Assembly: GCA_029941645.1 (NCBI GenBank)
Contig: JAPYSZ010000003.1
Location: forward strand, 1-38,018
Direction of reading: 5' to 3'
Origin: Candidatus Poseidoniia archaeon
Lineage (GTDB): Archaea; Thermoplasmatota; Poseidoniia; MGIII; CG-Epi1
Length of the DNA: 38,018 nucleotides
Part shown: piece by piece, positions 18,451 to 26,005 of the stretch
How positions within the stretch are numbered: position 1 is the stretch's first letter
Layout: each line of letters begins with the position of its first letter
Program-made: the position numbers and the translations under genes
The notes under the pieces: model-generated
Told to the model about the DNA's origin: nothing
The model's database searches: none
What the model saw: only the letters and a program-made list of their open reading frames with translations

Positions 18451-19092
18451 TTAATTGTTACTTTTAGTATATTTAACTAAAAATCCATTCCCCATTTTTT
18501 CTATATTATCTAATTTGAGCTCAAGCAGTTCACTGTCATCTATGAATCCCTCACCACCGGCAATAGTGGGGGTGTTTGATCCTCCTATTATTACATTAGA
18601 AACAAATATATTCAGTTCATCAAAAAGCTTATTCTTTAGAAAAGACCAAATAACAGTTTCCCCTCCTTCTACCATTATTTTTTGAATACCTCTTTCACTC
18701 ATTTTTCCAATTAATTTTTCTAAATTTATTTCCTTATTACCACACCTTAGTAGTTCAGCATTCGGTAGTTTTTTTTCTTCGGTTTTATTGCCTATTGCGA
18801 TTATTGTTTTATTTTTTCCGTCCAATACTTTTGCATCTTTTGGCGTTCTGCAATTTGTATCTAATACTATTCTTATGGGCTCTTTTCCCGAAGCATATTT
18901 TGTATTTATGGTTAAGCTAGGATTATCTTCAAGAATAGTTTCAATTCCTACAATAATTGCGTCACAATCACTTCTTAGGGAATGAACTCTCTTGAAATCT
19001 TCTTCATTAGATAAGTTTAGTTTTCGCCTATTGGCAAGAGCTATTTTTCCATCAGCGGAGGCTGCACAATTGAGGATAATTTCTGGATTCAC
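18451..19092 (-). CDS. RibD C-terminal-type reductase (2,5-diamino-6-ribosylamino-pyrimidinone 5'-phosphate reductase, archaeal riboflavin pathway)
   Basis: 213 aa. AASADGKIA, DAIIVGIETILEDNPSLT and IMVEGGETV are DHFR-like RibD_C motifs. GTG start. Confidence 0.8.
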   Translation of the reverse strand: MNPEIILNCAASADGKIALANRRKLNLSNEEDFKRVHSLRSDCDAIIVGIETILEDNPSLTINTKYASGKEPIRIVLDTNCRTPKDAKVLDGKNKTIIAIGNKTEEKKLPNAELLRCGNKEINLEKLIGKMSERGIQKIMVEGGETVIWSFLKNKLFDELNIFVSNVIIGGSNTPTIAGGEGFIDDSELLELKLDNIEKMGNGFLVKYTKSNN

Positions 19093-19147
19093 AGGTTTGT
19101 ATTAACACCGAGTTAAAATATAATGGGTATCTACTCAATATTGAGTA

Positions 19148-19957
19148 TTAGTATTCTTCTTCATTATTTGGGAACTCTTTGTTCTTTACATCTTTACAAT
19201 ATCGTTCGATTGCATTGTTAATATCATCAAAGAGATTCAAATATCTGCGTAGGAAACGCGGATTAAATTCATGAGTCATTCCTAACATATCGTGTAGAAC
19301 AAGGACTTGCCCATCAACATCAGCTCCAGCTCCAATTCCTATAATTGGTATGTTTACTGATTTGGCTACTTTTTTTGCCAATTGTGCCGGTATTTTTTCC
19401 AATACGATTGAGAAGCATCCAGCTTTCTCTAAAAATTTAGCATCCTCCACTAATTTTTTAGCTTCTGCATTTTCTTTTGCTCTGACTGTATATGTTCCGA
19501 ACTTATAAATTGACTGAGGTGTTAAACCGAGATGTCCCATAACTGGGATTCCTGCAGTAAGAATTCTTTCAATCGAATCTATTACTTCTGATCCTCCTTC
19601 TAATTTGACAGCATGAGCACCTGATTCTTTCATTATTCTAATTGATGAGCGGAGAGCTTTTTTTGAGTCACCTTGGTAAGAACCAAACGGTAAGTCAATA
19701 ACAATTAGTGATCTTTTTGCAGCCCTTACTACCGATGACGCATGATATATCATATTATCTAAAGTAATAGGTAATGTGGTTTCATGGCCAGCCATTACAT
19801 TTGATGCAGAGTCTCCAACTAATATCACATCAACACCAGCATTATCTACAATTTTAGCCAGTGTGTAATCATAGGCTGTTAACATAGTAATCTTTTCTCC
19901 ATTGTTTTTCATTTCTTGGAGAACATTGGTTGTTATTCTTTTGTAATTTGGGCCCAT
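19148..19957 (-). CDS. panB: 3-methyl-2-oxobutanoate hydroxymethyltransferase (ketopantoate hydroxymethyltransferase)
   Basis: 269 aa. MLTAYDY, ILVGDS, DLPFGSY, VKLEGG and GHLGLTPQS. Confidence 0.93.
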   Translation of the reverse strand: MGPNYKRITTNVLQEMKNNGEKITMLTAYDYTLAKIVDNAGVDVILVGDSASNVMAGHETTLPITLDNMIYHASSVVRAAKRSLIVIDLPFGSYQGDSKKALRSSIRIMKESGAHAVKLEGGSEVIDSIERILTAGIPVMGHLGLTPQSIYKFGTYTVRAKENAEAKKLVEDAKFLEKAGCFSIVLEKIPAQLAKKVAKSVNIPIIGIGAGADVDGQVLVLHDMLGMTHEFNPRFLRRYLNLFDDINNAIERYCKDVKNKEFPNNEEEY

Positions 19958-20050
19958 GGCATTACCTTTTCCGGGGTCTAGCCATCCAGAGCTGACTAGT
20001 TATTATTTGCCATTTATTGAATCAAAATTAGGTGCATTTACCCGAACTCT

Positions 20051-20058
20051 TTTAATAG
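20051..20058 (+). promoter_or_regulatory. Candidate TATA box for the nuo operon
   Basis: TTTTAATA lies 15-21 nt upstream of in-frame GTG codons at 20073/20079. It sits in the 120-bp AT-rich divergent panB/nuoA region. Confidence 0.35.
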
Positions 20059-20072
20059 GGTTTGACAACAGG

Positions 20073-20438
20073 GTGTTCGTGCTGGGAGACGAGTACGTTC
20101 CTATAGGGATTTTTGCGCTTATTGCGCTTTCATTTCCTGTAATGACATTTTTCATCGGAAGGTTCTTCCGACCCCATAATGACAATGCTCTAAAAAATTC
20201 AACATATGAGTGTGGCGAGGTGCCTGTAGGTGAAGCTCATATACAATTTCATTTCCAATATTATATGTTTGCAATTTTGTTTGTGGTGTTTGATTTAGTC
20301 GTTGTATTCCTAATACTTTGGGTACAAGTATATCTTGACTTAGCAATAGCAGCCAAAGTTGTGATGTTGTTATTTTTACTTTTAACATTATTGGGGTTAT
20401 GGTATGCTTTTAGAAAGGAGGATGTAATCTGGATATGA
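20073..20438 (+). CDS. nuoA: NADH-quinone oxidoreductase (complex I) subunit A
   Basis: YECGE...FHFQYYMFAILFVVFDL is the NuoA/ND3 signature. The ORF-track start 19956 shares its ATG with the divergent panB ATG (CCATGG) and adds 39 non-homologous residues. GTG 20073 or 20079 gives the usual roughly 120-aa protein. Confidence 0.8.
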   Translation: MFVLGDEYVPIGIFALIALSFPVMTFFIGRFFRPHNDNALKNSTYECGEVPVGEAHIQFHFQYYMFAILFVVFDLVVVFLILWVQVYLDLAIAAKVVMLLFLLLTLLGLWYAFRKEDVIWI

Positions 20439-21076
20439 GTTCTAAAGGCGTACGTGGCAATCCAAGCCTTAGAAGAGGTGTCGGTTCTAAAACTACAGAT
20501 TCTGAAAAAATAATGGAAGATCCACCAGCGGGTGATTGGTTAGCATTAAGGTCGGATCAGTTACTCAAATGGATTGATGATGCCGTCTATAATGCAGCTG
20601 AAGCAACAGGTATGCGAGAGGTTGTTGACCGTGTTACACGGCCAATTTTTAATTATGCTCAAAGATTTTCACCTCATCCTTTGCACTTTGGTATAATGTG
20701 TTGTGCCATTGAAATGGGTCAGGCATCAGCTCCAGATCATGATATTGATAGATTAGGTTTGGTCTACCGTTCATCTCCAAGACAGTGTGATATTTTGATA
20801 GTCAATGGCCCCGTCTGTGAAAAATTAAGACCTAAATTGAAGACATTATACGAACAAATGCCTGAGCCGAAGTGGGTAATTGCCATGGGTGAATGCGCAA
20901 TCTCAGGAGGTCCATATTGGGATTCCTATTCTGTTGTTGCAGGTGCAGATACATTTATGCCCGTTGATGTTTACATACCAGGTTGTCCCGTCCGTCCAGA
21001 GGCTTTAATGCATGGTTTTCTAACTTTACAAAAGAAAATTAGAGAGAAAGAGCCAGGTATGTTTCTGAGGAGGTAA
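20435..21076 (+). CDS. nuoB: Complex I subunit B (N2 cluster) with an N-terminal extension of roughly 65 aa
   Basis: FGIMCCAIEM, MGECAISGGPY and IPGCPVRPE supply the four N2 cysteines. GGAGG Shine-Dalgarno; ATGA overlap with nuoA. Confidence 0.92.
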   Translation: MSSKGVRGNPSLRRGVGSKTTDSEKIMEDPPAGDWLALRSDQLLKWIDDAVYNAAEATGMREVVDRVTRPIFNYAQRFSPHPLHFGIMCCAIEMGQASAPDHDIDRLGLVYRSSPRQCDILIVNGPVCEKLRPKLKTLYEQMPEPKWVIAMGECAISGGPYWDSYSVVAGADTFMPVDVYIPGCPVRPEALMHGFLTLQKKIREKEPGMFLRR

Positions 21077-21078
21077 TT

Positions 21079-21558
21079 ATGGAGATAACTTCCTTTAAGC
21101 AGAAATTATCATCCTGTGAGGGTGTTACTGAAGTTTCAGTAATTAGAGATAATGTTGTTAAGTTAAATTTAGGAAATAAAGAATCTAAGGATTTTTTTAT
21201 TAAGTTAAGAGAAGATTATGGTTTTGAGCATTGTTCTTTAATCACTGCGATAGATAACCAACCCGAATTCGAATTAGTTTATCACTTTTCAGCAATAAAT
21301 GGTTCAGTTTTTGTTAAAAACAGCCCCTCTGCAGTAATGGTAGAGGTGCATGTATTTTTAGAACGGGACACGCCTACTATTGAATCCATTTCAGATCTAT
21401 GGGGTGGCGCTAATTGGCATGAAAGAGAGGCTTTTGATATGATGGGGATTTATTTTATTGGGCATCCTGACCTGCGTAGAGTACTTCTACCAGAGGGATT
21501 TGCTGGTCATCCATTAAGAAAGGATTACGTGTATGAGATACACGAGGAGGAGTGGTAA
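21079..21558 (+). CDS. nuoC: Complex I subunit C
   Basis: 159 aa. ANWHEREAFDMMGIYFIGHPDLRR is the NuoC/30-kDa signature. GAGGAGG Shine-Dalgarno. Confidence 0.9.
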   Translation: MEITSFKQKLSSCEGVTEVSVIRDNVVKLNLGNKESKDFFIKLREDYGFEHCSLITAIDNQPEFELVYHFSAINGSVFVKNSPSAVMVEVHVFLERDTPTIESISDLWGGANWHEREAFDMMGIYFIGHPDLRRVLLPEGFAGHPLRKDYVYEIHEEEW

Positions 21559-22652
21559 TGGCTGAAATGTGGATTAGTATGGGTCCTCAGCATCCTATGA
21601 CTCATGGGTTATGGACATTAAAAGTCAAAGTTGATGGAGAAACTATTGTTGATGCAGATCCTGAACTCGGCTATCTCCATCGGTCGGTGGAAAAGATGGG
21701 TGAACGTAGAAAGTATTTCATGAATACTACACTAACTGATAGGTTGTGTTATGCTAGTTCAACAACCTGGACCCATTGTTATGTCAATACAGTAGAAGAA
21801 TTAATGAAGGTAGAAGTTCCCCAGAGGGCAAAGTACATTCGTACAATTATGCTAGAATTACAGAGGCTTGCGTCTCATTTAATGTGGGCTGGTGCTTACA
21901 TGCCTGATTTAGGTCATATTACGGGGGCCTTGTATTTTTGGAGAGATAGAGAATTATTTTTGAATTTATTAGAAGCTCCAAGTGGTAGCCGTTTGTTGTA
22001 TAATTACATAAGGATTGGTGGTGTTAAGAGAGATTTACCTGATGGTTTTGAGGCTAAAACAGAACGAGTTATGAAATTGTTTGAGCAGAGATTAGATGAA
22101 TACGCTGATCTTTTTGAAAATTCTAAAATATTTAGAATGCGTACTGAGGATGTTGGAAAGTTCACAGCTTCACAAGCACAGAATTTGGGAATAACAGGAC
22201 CTAATCTAAGGGGTTGTGGTACTAAATTTGATTTGAGAAAACATGATGCTTATGAGATATATGATGAAGTTGATTGGGATATTCAAACTAGAGAAGCTGG
22301 CCCTGGATATGGTGATTGTTTCAGTAGATATATGGTAAGAATAGATGAAATGAAGGAATCAGTCCGTATTATACGTGATTGTTTCAAGAAAATGCCAGCA
22401 GGTCCAACGCTAGCGTCACAAATCCCCGTTCGTGCACAGGGAGAAGCATTTAGGCGTACTGAAGATTCTAGAGGTGAAGCTCTCATGTATGTTGTTGGTG
22501 ACGGTTCAGATAGGCCTTACAGATGGAAAATAAAGAGCCCGATGTTTACTACAATTTCAGCATGTCCTCATTATCTTAAAGGCTACAAAGTTGCAGACAT
22601 CCCTGCTATAATGGGAAGTATTGACATTTGTATAGGAGAGACAGACAAATGA
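21558..22652 (+). CDS. nuoD: Complex I subunit D
   Basis: MGPQHPMTHG, LGYLHRSVEKMGE, plus a C-terminal GSIDICIGETD(K). ATG 21558 (TAATG overlap) is preferred over the ORF-track GTG 21552. Confidence 0.92.
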   Translation: MAEMWISMGPQHPMTHGLWTLKVKVDGETIVDADPELGYLHRSVEKMGERRKYFMNTTLTDRLCYASSTTWTHCYVNTVEELMKVEVPQRAKYIRTIMLELQRLASHLMWAGAYMPDLGHITGALYFWRDRELFLNLLEAPSGSRLLYNYIRIGGVKRDLPDGFEAKTERVMKLFEQRLDEYADLFENSKIFRMRTEDVGKFTASQAQNLGITGPNLRGCGTKFDLRKHDAYEIYDEVDWDIQTREAGPGYGDCFSRYMVRIDEMKESVRIIRDCFKKMPAGPTLASQIPVRAQGEAFRRTEDSRGEALMYVVGDGSDRPYRWKIKSPMFTTISACPHYLKGYKVADIPAIMGSIDICIGETDK

Positions 22653-23881
22653 GTTTGTTCAGCTTCTGTAAATGGATGGCCGAGTGGACTGCTCAAAAGA
22701 TGCTTATACCTATATTTGAGTTTCAAGAGGGTTTGTTCCCTCCATTTACTAATCCAGCAGGTTCAATTGCGGATTGGTTAGGAACTGATGGCGGTATTAC
22801 GACACTAGCTTGGCTGTACGCAGTTAATATTGCATTTGCAGTGGGAATGACGAATCTGATTTTAGTTATACACTTAGAAAGAAAGATAGCTGCGCGTATC
22901 CAAGATCGTCGAGGGCCGATGCTTTCTTTCCGTTCATTTAGAGAGTTGGGTGAGGACTTAGCAGGTAGTGCACCTTCATGGAAATTTAAGGAGAATTATG
23001 CAGGTATAGGTATCCTTCAGAATCTGGCTGATGGTATCAAAGCAATTGCTAAGGAATTGATTGTCCCTGCTAAAGCGGATAAATTTCTCTTCACAATGGG
23101 TCCTATTATTTTCATTTCATCATCAGTATTTTTGTTAGTTCTTTTTCCTTTATCTGATAGATTTGCAGCTTCTTCAGCTCCTGCAGGTTTGATGGTGATT
23201 ATGGCTGCATTTTCAATTGCACCTATTGGAGTTTTAACTTCTGGTTGGGCTTCCAATAATAAGTATTCAATGATTGGAGGTATGCGTTCAGCAGCTCAGC
23301 TCATGTCATATGAAATTCCTTTGTTGCTGAGTATGGCTGGTGTCTTTCTCATGGCTGGTTCTTATGACCCTGTGGTTATTGTAGAACAGCAGCAAGCATC
23401 TTCTTGGTTCTTTGGGATTCCAATTTGGAATTTCATACCGCAGTTTATAGGTTTTATAGTATTTATGATATGTATTCTAGCTGAAGTTGAAAGGGTTCCT
23501 TTTGATCTTCCTGAAGCTGAAGCTGAATTAGTTGAAGGATGGACTACTGAATACAGTGGAATAAGATATATGTTCTTCTTGATGGCAGAATATATTCGAG
23601 GTTTTGCAGGTGCGGCGGTTGCTACGATTTTATTCTTAGGTGGTTGGGCAGGGCCTTGGCCAATTCCTCCAGAAATTTGGTTTTTAACTAAAGTCTATTT
23701 GATAATAATTTTCTGGATTTTTATTAGATGGTCTGTTCCTAGAATAAGGACCGATCAAATTTTAGAACTCGGATGGAAAAAATTATTGCCTTTATCATTA
23801 ATAAACCTTCTAATCGTAATATTTATGGTTGAGATTTACCCTTATTTTTCAGAAATAGTTAGCCTTCCGGAGGTATTCTAA
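22649..23881 (+). CDS. nuoH: Complex I subunit H with an N-terminal extension and a loop insertion
   Basis: ERKIAARIQDRRGP...LQNLADGIKAIAKE, EVERVPFDLPEAEAELVEGW.TEYSG and RWSVPRIRTDQ. ATG 22649 (ATGA overlap with nuoD) is preferred over 22628. Confidence 0.9.
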   Translation: MSLFSFCKWMAEWTAQKMLIPIFEFQEGLFPPFTNPAGSIADWLGTDGGITTLAWLYAVNIAFAVGMTNLILVIHLERKIAARIQDRRGPMLSFRSFRELGEDLAGSAPSWKFKENYAGIGILQNLADGIKAIAKELIVPAKADKFLFTMGPIIFISSSVFLLVLFPLSDRFAASSAPAGLMVIMAAFSIAPIGVLTSGWASNNKYSMIGGMRSAAQLMSYEIPLLLSMAGVFLMAGSYDPVVIVEQQQASSWFFGIPIWNFIPQFIGFIVFMICILAEVERVPFDLPEAEAELVEGWTTEYSGIRYMFFLMAEYIRGFAGAAVATILFLGGWAGPWPIPPEIWFLTKVYLIIIFWIFIRWSVPRIRTDQILELGWKKLLPLSLINLLIVIFMVEIYPYFSEIVSLPEVF

Positions 23882-23882
23882 A

Positions 23883-24659
23883 ATGAAGAGTGAAAGAGAC
23901 CTTGGCATAATGGATATAATTGTAAATCCAATGAAAGTTACCTTAAAACAGTTTTTCAAGTCAACATTTGGCAAACCTACAACAGTAATGTATCCTCTTG
24001 AAAAAAGAGCTCCGCCCCCTACCTATAGAGGTATGAATGCTGTAATCTGGGATCTTTGTATTGGATGTGGCATATGTGGTGAAGTTTGTCCTAATAAATG
24101 TTTGAAGATGAAACCTGTCGATTTATCGGATGAAGAGCAGGACAAGGCTTGGTATGGTTCACACTTAGCTAAGAGGAAAAGTAAGGCTGAACGACCTGCA
24201 ATTAATTTTGGTCATTGTATGTTTTGTGGTTTTTGTGAGGACTATTGCCCTACTGGTGCCATGACAATGACGGATTTTTATGAATTAGCAGACACAACGC
24301 GTGAGGGTTTGATTTATCCTGCAAGATCTATGAAAGTTGATTTAGAAGACGCTCCTCAATTACCACTTACAAATTATATGATGGAATCTCCTGTTTTAGA
24401 TGCAGATCCTTGTATTGGCTGTAGTAAATGTGTGGATAATTGTCCTACTAATTGTATTATTATGGATCTAGGTCCACAAAATAAGAAAATGAAGAGTGGC
24501 AAAGTTCGAAATGTAGAAAATCCTTACTTTGATTATACTATTTGTATTGGCTGTTCAACTTGTGTTAAGGTATGTCCTGCAGACTGTTTGCATATGGAAC
24601 CTATTAGCAATTCTAGTTCCAGTGGTTTAAGTGAGGAGGGTGCTTCTAACGAGGCTTGA
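23883..24659 (+). CDS. nuoI: Complex I subunit I (2x[4Fe-4S]) fused to an additional C-terminal 2x[4Fe-4S] ferredoxin domain
   Basis: 258 aa with four CxxCxxCxxxCP motifs: CIGCGICGEVCP, CMFCGFCEDYCP, CIGCSKCVDNCP and CIGCSTCVKVCP. Canonical NuoI has two. Confidence 0.9.
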   Translation: MKSERDLGIMDIIVNPMKVTLKQFFKSTFGKPTTVMYPLEKRAPPPTYRGMNAVIWDLCIGCGICGEVCPNKCLKMKPVDLSDEEQDKAWYGSHLAKRKSKAERPAINFGHCMFCGFCEDYCPTGAMTMTDFYELADTTREGLIYPARSMKVDLEDAPQLPLTNYMMESPVLDADPCIGCSKCVDNCPTNCIIMDLGPQNKKMKSGKVRNVENPYFDYTICIGCSTCVKVCPADCLHMEPISNSSSSGLSEEGASNEA

Positions 24660-24928
24660 TATTTTTGGCTTTAGATCTCCTTGTTTTCTGGTTTTTAGCC
24701 GGTTTAATCTTAGCTGCAGCTTGGGCAGTGGTTAATGGGAACGATATTGTTCACTCAGTCGTTTGGTTATCTACTGTATTTCTTTTGACAGCAGGCCTAT
24801 TCATTTTGGCAGAGGCTGAGTTTTTAGCAGTTATTCAGGTTTTAGTCTATGTGGGTGCTATTTCGGTTGTTATAATTTTTGGAATTATGCTAACTAAAAG
24901 AACGTTGAAGGGAGGAGAAGATGTCTAA
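24656..24928 (+). CDS. nuoJ: Complex I subunit J, N-terminal part (TM1-3)
   Basis: 90 aa. AEAEFLAVIQVLVYVGAISVVIIFGIML is the NuoJ/ND6 TM3 signature. TTG start overlaps the nuoI TGA. Confidence 0.85.
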   Translation: MIFLALDLLVFWFLAGLILAAAWAVVNGNDIVHSVVWLSTVFLLTAGLFILAEAEFLAVIQVLVYVGAISVVIIFGIMLTKRTLKGGEDV

Positions 24929-25709
24929 CCGTACAGTAATTTGGGTTCGGGATGCCTTAGTGATATTTTTTTCATTTTATGTTGTTTTTGCTGTAGCTTC
25001 TGTTCCGTGGGCTAATCTGAAAGTTTCCCCTCCTCTTCCAGAGACTTGTGAAACGGGTTGTCCACCTGTAGTTAGCTTTCCAGAAAATGGATATTATCAT
25101 TATCAGAATTCTGTTACTTTTGAGTGGAGTTCAGTTTCTGTTGGTTACAGAATTGTAGTTACTGAAGTTGATACTGGCGATGTAAAAATGGATAAGAATA
25201 TAACTAATGAAGTAACTTCAACAACGTCTAGATTACCAGCAGGTACTTATCTTACAAGAGTATATTATACGGGAATTGCAGGTTCAACATTTAGCACATA
25301 TCCTATATTAAAATCTGAATTTGTAACTATTGAAACTTCTTCAAAGATTACTATGGTTTGGCCTGAGGTTAGTGTAACTTATGGTTTAGAAATTAGGGTT
25401 ATTAAGGAGGCGGAAAATGAATTGCCTGAAATTGTTAAAGTCTATGAAGTTAATATGTTAGAGGAATCATCCTACACTTATTCTGATTTTGAAAATGGTA
25501 AATCTTATTCTTGGTCAGTTTATGTCCAGGATTCAAAAGGATATACTTCGGCGTCATCTCCTTTTCATGTAGTTAATATAGATACTACTAAATTTTTGGC
25601 TTTTGAACTTTTTAATAATTGGGAAGTCCCTTTCATTCTTTTAGGAGTTATGATGGTTATAGCAATGCAAGCAGGTGTTTTTCTGGCAAGGGAGGAACTA
25701 AATGATTGA
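24921..25709 (+). CDS. nuoJ: Complex I subunit J, C-terminal part (TM4 + TM5), with a soluble tandem-repeat insertion of roughly 190 aa between the helices
   Basis: 262 aa. N-terminal TM (VIFFSFYVVFAVASV). C-terminal LAFELFNNWEVPFILLGVMMVIAMQAGVFLAREE resembles the NuoJ C-terminus. The middle holds two roughly 85-aa repeats (VTFEWSSVSVGYRIVV... and ITMVWPEVSVTYGLEIRV...). GGGAGG Shine-Dalgarno; 8-nt overlap with the upstream ORF. Confidence 0.75.
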   Translation: MSNRTVIWVRDALVIFFSFYVVFAVASVPWANLKVSPPLPETCETGCPPVVSFPENGYYHYQNSVTFEWSSVSVGYRIVVTEVDTGDVKMDKNITNEVTSTTSRLPAGTYLTRVYYTGIAGSTFSTYPILKSEFVTIETSSKITMVWPEVSVTYGLEIRVIKEAENELPEIVKVYEVNMLEESSYTYSDFENGKSYSWSVYVQDSKGYTSASSPFHVVNIDTTKFLAFELFNNWEVPFILLGVMMVIAMQAGVFLAREELND

Positions 25710-26004
25710 TCCAATTAATTTTGTTGTATTCTCTTCTATTTTATTGCTGATTGGAGCATATGGAGTAATTCGAAATAAGAATGCTATTGTTGTTTTGATG
25801 TCTGTTGAAATAATGCTTACAGCAGCCAACGTAAATTTTATAGCTTTTTCAAGCTTTTACAATGATTTATCAGGTCAAATAGTTGCGTTATTCGTTACAA
25901 CAATTGCTGCGGCTGAAGTTGCAATAGGTTTGGCAATATTGTTGAGTTTGTTTAAACAAAGAGATACTATTGAGTTAGATTTACTGAATAGTTTGAGGTG
26001 GTAA
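25702..26004 (+). CDS. nuoK: Complex I subunit K
   Basis: 100 aa, 3 TM. LMSVEIMLTAANVNF and TIAAAEVAIGLAILL carry the conserved Glu residues. Confidence 0.92.
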   Translation: MIDPINFVVFSSILLLIGAYGVIRNKNAIVVLMSVEIMLTAANVNFIAFSSFYNDLSGQIVALFVTTIAAAEVAIGLAILLSLFKQRDTIELDLLNSLRW

Positions 26005-26005
26005 A

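Noticed and set aside
19956-20072. N-terminal 39 residues of the 160-aa nuoA ORF in the track.
   Set aside because: Its ATG shares bases with the divergent panB ATG (CCATGG), leaving no promoter for either gene. The residues have no NuoA counterpart, the stretch is AT-rich with TATA-like boxes, and in-frame GTGs at 20073/20079 give a normal-size NuoA.
20435-20500. SLRRGVG in the NuoB N-terminus as a twin-arginine export signal.
   Set aside because: No hydrophobic h-region follows, and NuoB is a cytoplasmic-face Fe-S subunit.
24656-25709. Split nuoJ as a frameshifted pseudogene.
   Set aside because: The second ORF has its own GGGAGG Shine-Dalgarno site and an ATG overlapping the first ORF's stop by 8 nt, like the other coupled junctions. 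Both parts keep conserved NuoJ helices. As I recall, two-gene nuoJ (J1/J2) exists in other archaea.
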